The notes beneath the pieces are model-generated. The model did no database searches and was not told the DNA's origin. It saw nothing but the letters and a program-made list of their open reading frames with translations. A program made the position numbers and the translations under genes. Source: an uncultured Acidobacteriota bacterium (lineage in GTDB: Bacteria; Acidobacteriota; UBA6911). From it: DNA of 64,000 nucleotides. Below, one piece after another: positions 20,317 through 28,562 of this stretch (its first letter is position 1; each line of letters starts with the position of its first letter). Where the stretch lies: positions 320,001 through 384,000 of the forward strand of contig CAWHCF010000049.1 in assembly GCA_963827655.1 (NCBI GenBank). Reading direction: 5' to 3'.

Positions 20317-21756
20317 GTGAGGCAGGCATTGTTTCGCGTGGCAATTGTGGGACGGCCGAATGTAGGGAAGTCGACCCTCTTTAACCGGCTCTATGGTTCA
20401 AGGAGGGCGATTGTGGGTGACGAACCGGGCATCACGCGAGACCGTATCCAGGGGATTGTGCGCTGGGGCGGGAGGACGATCCAGCTCCTGGATACGGGAG
20501 GAATGGTGCCAGGCAGCGCCGATATCATTCCGGCAAAGACTCTTGAACAAGTGCAGGTTGCAATTGGTGAATCGGATCTTCTGCTGCTGGTCGTGGACGG
20601 ACGCGCTGGAATCACCGCTGTGGACGAGCAACTGCTCCCCACGTTGCGTAAAGCCGGCCGGCCGGTCTGGGTTGTGGTAAACAAGATTGATACTCCGGAA
20701 CTCGAACCGGAAACGGCCGCCTTCTATGCGCTCGGATTCGAAAAGGTCCTGGCTGTTTCGGCCGAGCATGGCCGCGGAATCGGCGAGCTTCTGGATGAGA
20801 TCACGGCTCGCGCGGAGGAGAGTCCCTCCGGCATCGAGCCGGAGCAGTTCGACGAAATCGGCGTCGCGGTGGTGGGACGGCCCAATGTCGGAAAGTCGTC
20901 GCTCGTGAACCGCCTTCTGGGAGTCGAGCGTTGTATCGTGAGCGAAATCCCCGGGACTACGCGCGACGCGATCGACACACTCCTGCTGCGAGACGGCGTC
21001 CGGTACCGCATTGTGGATACGGCGGGAATTCGGAGAAAGGGGAGCACCGAGCAGCGAACGGAGAAGATCAGCGTGGTCATGGCGCGAAAGAACCTGACGC
21101 GAGCGGATGTGGCTCTCCTGCTGATCGATGCAGTCGAGGGTGTGACCAAGCTGGACGCGGCGATCGGAGGCTACGCTTACGAATCCGCGTGCTCGGTCAT
21201 CATCATTCTCAACAAATGGGACCAGGTGCAAAAGGATGAAGACACTCTCCAGGAATACACCGACTCCATTCATCGCCGGATGAAGTATCTGAGCCATGCC
21301 CCGATCCTGACGGTTTCGGCCTTGACCGGACAGCGGGTTTCGAAGATTTTCGATATCATACGCAAGGCTTCCGAAAGCCGTCGGGTGCGGATTTCGACCG
21401 GAGTGCTCAACAACCTGTTTGTTCCCGACCTCTCCGAGAAATTCTCGGCTCGAAATCCCGCCGCGAAGCTGGGGATACGGTACATTACCCAGGCGAGTTC
21501 CGACCCTCCAACCTTTGTGGTTTTCACATCCGGCACGAAGCCGTTGCACTTTTCCACTGAACGATACCTGGTGAACCAGTTGCGAGAGAAGTTTGGCTTT
21601 TACGCGGCGCCTATCCGAATCCAGCAGCGACTGAAGAAGCGCCGCAAGCGTCGCCGGCGGATAGGGCATCGGTCCTGGCGTTTTTTCGAGTCCTTGGGTC
21701 GTAGCGGTGAATTCACACAGGCCGAGGGGATTGACACTCATTTGGCTCGCCTCTAG
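20317..21756 (+). CDS. der: Ribosome biogenesis GTPase Der/EngA (true stop may be the TAG at ~21664)
   Basis: Two G domains (GRPNVGKS x2, DTGG/DTAG, NKID/NKWD) plus a KH-like PPTFVVF tail. Confidence 0.96.
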   Translation: MRQALFRVAIVGRPNVGKSTLFNRLYGSRRAIVGDEPGITRDRIQGIVRWGGRTIQLLDTGGMVPGSADIIPAKTLEQVQVAIGESDLLLLVVDGRAGITAVDEQLLPTLRKAGRPVWVVVNKIDTPELEPETAAFYALGFEKVLAVSAEHGRGIGELLDEITARAEESPSGIEPEQFDEIGVAVVGRPNVGKSSLVNRLLGVERCIVSEIPGTTRDAIDTLLLRDGVRYRIVDTAGIRRKGSTEQRTEKISVVMARKNLTRADVALLLIDAVEGVTKLDAAIGGYAYESACSVIIILNKWDQVQKDEDTLQEYTDSIHRRMKYLSHAPILTVSALTGQRVSKIFDIIRKASESRRVRISTGVLNNLFVPDLSEKFSARNPAAKLGIRYITQASSDPPTFVVFTSGTKPLHFSTERYLVNQLREKFGFYAAPIRIQQRLKKRRKRRRRIGHRSWRFFESLGRSGEFTQAEGIDTHLARL

Positions 21757-21759
21757 TAT
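21731..21759 (+). promoter_or_regulatory. Sigma70-type promoter for the IHF-MerR-tRNA unit
   Basis: TTGACA (21731-36), 17-bp spacer, TAGTAT (21754-59). Confidence 0.65.
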
Positions 21760-21809
21760 GGGACGTTCATCCTTTTCCAACCCAATCTTCACAAAACGAT
21801 GCGGAAAGA

Positions 21810-22085
21810 TTGAATGTGAACAAAGACGATCTCAGTAAAGCGATTCACGACGTGCATGGAGGCATGTCGTATGCGGATTCCCAGCGGATTGTGGACCTGA
21901 TTCTCGACATAATCAAAGGCAGGCTGAGTCGCGGCGAGAAAGTCCTGATCAGCGGATTTGGCTGCTTTCGCATAGTCAAGCGAAAGGACAGAAAAGGGGT
22001 GAATCCCCAGACCGGGGCTGCCATCATTATTCCCGGCAGGAAGGCCATTACCTTCAAGCCGTCAAAATACTTGAAATCGGTCTAA
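21810..22085 (+). CDS. ihfA: HU/IHF-family DNA-binding protein (IHF-alpha by synteny)
   Basis: [30 protein letters not shown]; conserved IHF-MerR-tRNA-Pro order. Confidence 0.75.
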   Translation: MNVNKDDLSKAIHDVHGGMSYADSQRIVDLILDIIKGRLSRGEKVLISGFGCFRIVKRKDRKGVNPQTGAAIIIPGRKAITFKPSKYLKSV

Positions 22086-22090
22086 GTGCC

Positions 22091-22480
22091 ATGAAGTTCG
22101 AGCCGAAGAAGCTTTATTACCGCATTGGTGAAGTCTGTGAGATCGTCGGCGTCGAGGCTCACGTCCTTCGCTACTGGGAAACCGAGTTTTCCCGCCTGGC
22201 GCCCCCCAAGAACAAGTCCGGCCAGCGAACCTACAGACCCAAGGACATAGAGCTGCTTCTTCAGATCCGAAAGCTTCTCTACGAAGACGGATTCACGATT
22301 GCTGGAGCGCGGAAGCAACTCACGGCGGGTGGGCTGCCTGAGAACGGTTCCGCCTCGCCGAGCTCGGCGCCGTCCAAGCCCGCGCATCACCCTGCCAAGC
22401 CGTCGGAAGCGCCGGCGCAGCGTCTGCGGCAGCTCCGCAAGGAGCTGGAGAACATATTGACTTTGCTCGAGCGCGAATGA
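22091..22480 (+). CDS. MerR-family transcriptional regulator
   Basis: [46 protein letters not shown]. Confidence 0.93.
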   Translation: MKFEPKKLYYRIGEVCEIVGVEAHVLRYWETEFSRLAPPKNKSGQRTYRPKDIELLLQIRKLLYEDGFTIAGARKQLTAGGLPENGSASPSSAPSKPAHHPAKPSEAPAQRLRQLRKELENILTLLERE

Positions 22481-22497
22481 TAGTGTTCGAGCCCGGT

Positions 22498-22574
22498 CGG
22501 GACGTAGCGCAGCCTGGTAGCGCACACGCTTGGGGTGCGTGTGGTCGGTGGTTCAAATCCACTCGTCCCGACCA
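22498..22574 (+). tRNA. tRNA-Pro(GGG)
   Basis: CGGGACG acceptor pairs with CGTCCCG-ACCA; anticodon arm CACGC-TTGGGGT-GCGTG; T-loop GGTTCAAATCC. Confidence 0.97.
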
Positions 22575-22590
22575 TTTTTTCTAGCGGCCT

Positions 22591-23340
22591 GTGTCACTTG
22601 TCCTCCTCACCAACGACGATGGAATAGAAGCCGAAGGTCTGAAATGCCTCGAGGACGCGCTTCGAGGTCTTGCGGACACTCTTGTCGTGGCACCCGACAG
22701 GGAACGGAGCGCGATCAGCCACGCCCTCACGATTCACACTACCCTCGAGCTGATCAAGGTATCCAAGAACCGCTACACTCTGAATGGCACCCCGGCGGAC
22801 TGCATCATCTACGCGCTGACACATCTCACGGAGCGGCCTCCGCATCTGGTGATTTCGGGGATCAATCACGGAGCCAATCTGGGTGACGACATCATGTATT
22901 CGGGAACAGTAGCGGCTGCGCGCGAAGCATCGCGGCACGGAGTTCCGTCGCTTGCCGTATCCCAGGCTTACGCCGACGCGCCCATACGTTTCGACCGTGG
23001 GGCCAAGTTCATTCGAAACCTGGCCAAGATGATGCTCGAATTAAGAGGCGGAGCCGGCATGTGCCTCAACGTGAATATACCGGTGGGTAAAGTTCGCGGC
23101 GTGATGGTTACGAGACAGGGCTGTACCTTCCACTTCCCGCATTTTAATTCGCTGGATCTCCGGCCACCCCCCGGCGGTCGCTACCGGAGACGCGACGATA
23201 AGGCGGTAAGGTCGGCAATCACCCTCGATTTCAAAGCCATTATTGAGAACTATATTTCCGTGACACCCCTTCAGCGCGACCAGACCGACTACACGACCGT
23301 GCAATCCTTGCTAAAGGATACCTCCCGTCTCTTTCAGTGA
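22591..23340 (+). CDS. surE: 5'/3'-nucleotidase SurE
   Basis: LLTNDDGI, VAPDRERS, GTPADC, SGIN.GANLG.D..YSGTV.AA.E, ISVTPL. Confidence 0.96.
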   Translation: MSLVLLTNDDGIEAEGLKCLEDALRGLADTLVVAPDRERSAISHALTIHTTLELIKVSKNRYTLNGTPADCIIYALTHLTERPPHLVISGINHGANLGDDIMYSGTVAAAREASRHGVPSLAVSQAYADAPIRFDRGAKFIRNLAKMMLELRGGAGMCLNVNIPVGKVRGVMVTRQGCTFHFPHFNSLDLRPPPGGRYRRRDDKAVRSAITLDFKAIIENYISVTPLQRDQTDYTTVQSLLKDTSRLFQ

Positions 23341-23455
23341 TTGCGTTTGGAGCTTCGCGTTTCTTCGTGTCTTCGAGTCTTAGCGGTTGGTTCGGGTCCG
23401 TCTTGGGCATTGATCGGGTGGGCGAATTAAGCTAGCATTTTCCGCTGATTCTGGA

Positions 23456-23532
<77 letters not shown>

Positions 23533-23806
23533 TCTCTCTCCGAATACGATCTCCGGCATAAAGTTAATAAAATCATTAGATTCAAAATAGACCTCGGTGG
23601 TTTCTAACCACTGAAAACTGGGGCCTTTTGAGGTTCCCCAATGGTCATCTGTTTGCCGGTGTGCTAGAAATGTGCTACTTCTCCAGGAAACGACTTGATC
23701 ACCGTCGCAATCCGTCCGCCAAACGGGAGCGGATGAGGTTCAACCATTCTCACCCCGGCACGCGATCCGGAGTCTCTTGCTCAGAACGCATGTCCTAGCT
23801 TAATCT

Positions 23807-24072
23807 TTGTTCTCATCACGGCTCGTGAGTCGCGCAACCTTCGACGAAGTTGCCAGACTCAGGGTCGAGGGCCTGAACAAGTCTGCGATCGCCCTGGTAA
23901 AGCGGATCGCCTGGAATACCGTCGCTCGATGGCTCGAAAAGGCAGCCCATTCGTGTCGGTTCAACGATCGAAGAATAGCAACTCTCGCAGTCGCGGAGCT
24001 TCAGGCGGACGAGATTCGGACGATCGTCGGCAGCAAGGAACATCCAATCTGGGTCTTCACCACGATTGATGT
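23807..24072 (+). pseudogene. IS1-family-like transposase fragment
   Basis: HTH (EGLNKSAIA..NTVARWL) followed by ELQADEIRTIVGSK..WVFTTIDV (DE..VG.K..W...ID pattern), then truncated. Confidence 0.65.
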
Positions 24073-24124
24073 CCAGCATCCGCCGCCGCGACGACGGCCT
24101 GCTCCAGATCAGCACACCTCCCGA

Positions 24125-24550
24125 TCAACGCCACGAAGATACGGGTCGCCGGCGAGACGCCCAGCACATCAACCTCGCAGCAGGCGGATCACGTCCGGCA
24201 TCGAAAGCGCCTCTCGGCAGCGAACCGTCACGCCTCGAGCATTCACCACCTCGACCGCCTAGGGTGACGGCGGCGCAAGCAACGGAGGCATCTTGATCTC
24301 GCTGAAGATAACCGCGGGAGTTGTCGTTCGTTTCGCCTCGGCTAGCCAGCGCCTCAGCGTCCAGAGCGACATCCGCTCTCGGGCAGCGAACGCAGCCGCA
24401 GTCAGGCCGCTCTTGTGGAACCGCTCAAGGATCTCGGCGCGCTGCGCTCTATTTGTTCGGCGTGCCTGTTTCGGAATCCGTGCATCCGACATGCCCCCAG
24501 ATTATCCGCTCGAGACAGGGATAGCCAGATGCACCCTGGTTACCGCTTAC
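24125..24550 (-). mobile_element. IS66-family left-end remnant: TIR, tnpA (internal stop) and first codons of tnpB
   Basis: Minus strand begins GTAAGCGGTAAC (IS66-type GTAAGCG terminus). TnpA-like ERFHKSGLTAAAFAARERMSLWTLRRW..*AVEVVNARGVTVRC (24492-24169), then TnpB-like start MLGVSPATRIFVAL. Confidence 0.8.
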
Positions 24551-27500
24551 GAACACATCCCTCTACATTTACAAAGAAGTCGAACGGCCTCCTCTCTGCC
24601 AGTCCGATAACAAGCTGGACCAGGACTGACTCATTGGTGGTCAGCGTATCATCAGCGCCAGCATCAATGGCTTGCTTGCTGCCGGGCCCTCCGTTCCCCT
24701 CTGTGGCACTGACGAGCCTATTCCCATTGGACAGCGTCACGACATTCACTTTGAGGGGTTGGAAGATCTCCTTCGTGCTGGCATTGGTGAGCCTGGCGGT
24801 AATCGTAAACCTGCCAGCGGGCGCACCCGGACTGGGGGTGGGATCAAAGGAGGTTTGTGTCACAACAAAAGTGACCAGATCATTGACAATCTGTTGCTCA
24901 CACATCTGCTGCAAGGAGGCGCAATAGCGCCCGCCGGTGTTGGTCGTGGGAGACTCCCCCCCAGACGATCATTTCACTCCCGGTCCAGACCGCAGTGTGA
25001 CCGGATCGTGCACTGGGTGCATTCAGCGTGCTCGTGGGCCTCCAGCTGTCGGTTGCCGGATCGTAGCGCCCGCCGGTGTTGAAGACGGTAGAAACCGGTC
25101 TCCCCCCCAGACGATCATTTCACTACCGGTCCAGACCGCGCTGTGACCAGATCGTGCGCTGGGTGCATTCAGCGTGCTCGTGGGCCTCCAGCTGTCGGTT
25201 GCCGGATCGTAGCGCCCGCCGGTGTTGAGGTAAGGAAGACGGTGCCTCCCCCCCAGACGATCATTTCACTGCCCGGTCCAGACCGCGCTGTGACAGATCG
25301 TGCGCTGGGTGCATTCAGCGTGCTCGTGGGCCTCCAGCTGTCGGTTGCCGGATCGTAGCGCCCGCCGGTGTTGGGTGCGAGATCCCCCCCAGACGATCAT
25401 TTCATGCCCGGTCCAGACCGCAGTGTGACTGGATCGTGCGCTGGGTGCATTCAGCGTGCTCGTGGGCCTCCAGCTGTCGGTTGCCGGATCGTAGCGCCCG
25501 CCGGTGTTGAAGAAGGTAGAAGGAACTGCAGCCTCCTCCCCAGACGATCATTTCATGCCCGGTCCAGACCGCGGTGTGACTGGATCGTGCGCTGGGTGCA
25601 TTCAGCGTGCTCGTGGGCCTCCAGCTGTCGGTTACTGGATCGTAGCGCCCGCCGGTGTTGAAGAGGTAGAAGGACTGGCAGTTCCCCCCCAGACGATCAT
25701 TTCACTCCCGGTCCAGACCGCGCGTGTGACCAGATCGTGCGCTGGGTGCATTCAGCGTGCTCGTGGGCCTCCAGCTGTCGGTTGCCGGATCGTAGCGCCC
25801 GCCGGTGTTGAAGAATAGGAACTCGGCGAGCATCTCCTCCCCAGACGATCATTTCACTCCCGGTCCAGACCGCGGTGTGACCGCTCGTGCGCTGGGTGCA
25901 TTCAGCGTGCTCGTGGGCCTCCAGCTGTCGGTTGCCGGATCGTAGCGCCCGCCGGTGTTGGTAGACAGGGAATCCCCCCCCAGACGATCATTTCATGCCC
26001 GGTCCAGACCGCGGTGTGACCACGTCGTGCGCTGGGTGCATTCAGCGTGCTCGTTGGCCTCCAGCTGTCGGTTGCCGGATCGTAGCGCCCGCCGGTGTTG
26101 AAGTCGAGGGAAATCCCCCCCAGACGATCATTTCATGCCCGGTCCAGACCGCGGTGTGACTGCTTCGTGCGCTGGGTGCATTCAGCGTGCTCGTGGGCCT
26201 CCAGCTGTCGGTTGCCGGATCGTAGCGCCCGCCGGTGTTGAGGCAAGGAAACTCGGTGCCTCCTCCCCAGACGATCATTTCACTCCCGGTCCAGACCGCG
26301 GTGTGACTGCCTCGTGCGCTGGGTGCATTCAGCGTGCTCGTGGGCCTCCAGCTGTCGGTTGCCGGATCGTAGCGCCCGCCGGTGTTGAGGCGGCAGGAAC
26401 CCGGTGCTCCTCCCCAGACGATCATTTCACTGCCCGGTCCAGACCGCAGTGTGACTGGATCGTGCGCTGGGTGCATTCAGCGTGCTCGTGGGCCTCCAGC
26501 TGTCGGTTGCCGGATCGTAGCGCCCGCCGGTGTTGAAGTAGGTAGGAGCACCGCCGCTCCCCCAGACGATCATTTCATGGCCGGTCCAGACCGCGCTGTG
26601 ACCAGATCGTGCGCTGGGTGCATTCAGCGTGCTCGTGGGCCTCCAGCTGTCGGTTGCCGGATCGTAGCGCCCGCCGGTGTTGAGTGGTAGGAAACTCGGT
26701 GCCTCCCCCCAGACGATCATTTCACTCCCGGTCCAGACCGCGCTGTGACCGGCTCGTGCGCTGGGTGCATTCAGCGTGCTCGTGGGCCTCCAGCTGTCGG
26801 TTGCCGGATCGTAGCGCCCGCCGGTGTTGGTAGAAGGGATCCCGGAGACTCCTCCCCAGACGATCATTTCACTCCCGGTCCAGACCGCCGTGTGACCGGC
26901 TCGTGGGTCAGGGGGAGCTGGCGTTGGAGTCCAGGTGTCATCAGCGCACGAGTTCAAGGCCGGCTCTATTTTCGCCAGAAAATACCCATATCCCTGCCCG
27001 GCCACTTCTCCCCGTAGCTGCGGTCGCACTCTACTCCACCACTCTGCGAACGCTTCCTTCTTCCACTCCACGGTCGCCACCTTCAGTCGCGCTCCATCCT
27101 TTTCCACGACTGCCGCCACGTAGAACCGGTCCTCTTCCTCCTGTAACCGGCTCAGCTCACCCAGCGGCAGCCGATCCAACTCCTCCCGTACATCACGCTG
27201 CTCTCCCCCGAACTGGGCGCTAGTTTCCTTTCCTCCCGCGAATAACCGCGCCAGCTCGCGCACCTTCGCCTCCCAGTGCTCGGAACTCAATACCACTCTG
27301 TTCTCATGCTCCGATTCCTCCTGGCTTCCTCCTTTCACCCACTCCAGCTCTCGATACTCCCCGCTCATTTTCCCCATCTGTCTCGGCGTCCCGTACGAGC
27401 TCAGTTCCCCCTCCGCCCGCCGCTTCAGCTCTCCGTGATACCGCTCATCCGAGGCATACCAGCTCCTGATCAGCCGATGCGCCAGCGCCGGCCGCGCCAC

Positions 27501-27959
27501 GCACTCCGCGATCACAAAGGGATCATGCCCTAAAGCTGCCCATAGCTCCTCGAGCATCTCCGGCCGTTTCGTCTGCCGGGCCATCCGGTTCATCTCCGCC
27601 TGCAACTGCTCACCTGTAATCGGGCGCTGCCAATAGGCCTCGAGAGCTTCCGACTGGCGCAAATAATCTTTCACCTTCCCGACGATGGTCGAAAGCGGCA
27701 TTACCTGGTCCAATGATGGCTTTGGCTCGGGATTCTCCTCCGGCCATATCCTGTGACGCCAGTAAACTTCCTCGATCGCCCGTTGGTAAACTACACGCTC
27801 TTCGAAGGTCAAACTCCTCTGCTCTGTGTGCACGCCCGCTCTGCCTGCCCCAATCCAGGAATAAGCCAGCGGTGTCGTCGAAATGCCTAAAGCGATCAGC
27901 ACCAGTGCCAGCCCCACCCCATCTCTGCCGTGATTTGTTGAGTGATTCCGGTCTATCAT
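24540..27959 (-). CDS. Secreted Kelch-repeat protein (14 repeats) with shared C-terminal domain; frameshifts within repeats
   Basis: AGGAGG RBS, ATG27959 and hydrophobic signal. N-domain LTFEERVVYQRAIEEVYWRHRIWP; 14 x HTAVWTGSEMIVWGG..NTGGRYDPATDSW; C-domain is ORF 24540..24914. Confidence 0.8.
24925..26900 (-). repeat. 14 tandem ~140-155-bp Kelch-coding repeats with near-identical frameworks
   Basis: CAGACGATCATTT and GCGCCCGCCGGTGTTG each counted 14 times. Confidence 0.92.
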
Positions 27960-28274
27960 TGCGGTCCTCCTTGTTTTGAGAGCCCTGCTCAATGAACCGA
28001 GACTACACAAGGCAGCGTTGGATGGGGGGATTCATCCGAGTTCAGCATGAAAGATTCGATGCGCGGACTATATGCTTAGTAAAGCAGCAAATCAATTTCA
28101 GACCCAAGATCTTGCGTGCAAGGGGGCCTCGAGCCTTGTCATAGGAAGCAAAAGGCATATTCATAAAGGATCCTCCTGGAAGATTCCGTTTCTTGCAGCA
28201 TCGCTGACTACGGATCTTTCGACTACTGCCCGCCCCGCAAGGCGGTGAAGCCTTTGTGGCGAAGCTCGATGCCA

Positions 28275-28449
28275 GTCACCCGGCGGCGCACGCCTCGGCC
28301 AGGCTCACCCCGTGCAGATTGCCCATGAGATCCGTCCCCGGTGTGGCGCCCGCGCAGCCGGAGCCTGACAGCAGAGGGTGAGATTCCCCCGATAATCCAG
28401 GTTGAATTCCTCGAGTTCGAGCGGGGCACAGGAGGAAAAAGGAGCGTCG
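28275..28449 (-). pseudogene. Radical SAM/SPASM gene relic (paralog of 37322..38371)
   Basis: Minus strand encodes CAPLELEEFNLDYRGNLTLCCQ..GTDLMGNLHGVSLAEAC, matching CAPLELEEFNLDHRGNVTLCCQ..GTDVIGNLREVSLAEAC. Confidence 0.8.
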
Positions 28450-28562
28450 CGCGCTGCGCTCTATTTGTTCGGCGTGCCTGTTTCGGAATCCGTGCATCCG
28501 ACATGCCCCCAGATTATCCGCTCGAGACAGGGATAGCCAGATGCACCCTGGTTACCGCTTAC
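28450..28562 (-). mobile_element. IS66 left-end copy 2 (~113 bp)
   Basis: Essentially identical to 24438-24550, including the GTAAGCG terminus and tnpA start MSDARIPKQARRTNRAQRA. Confidence 0.8.

Noticed and set aside
20398-21792. Long antisense ORFs (also 3500..4546, 10325..11293, 14703..15707, 56636..58093, 63025..63780)
   Set aside because: Shadow frames of well-supported genes on the opposite strand in GC-rich DNA; no motifs.
22387-22575. Small minus-strand ORFs MVGTSGFEPPT / MDLNHRPHAPQ
   Set aside because: Antisense translations of tRNA-Pro.
24925-26900. CRISPR array (constant repeat plus variable spacer look)
   Set aside because: Constant units are ~120 bp, variable parts only ~10-25 bp, the units translate as Kelch blades, and there are no cas genes.
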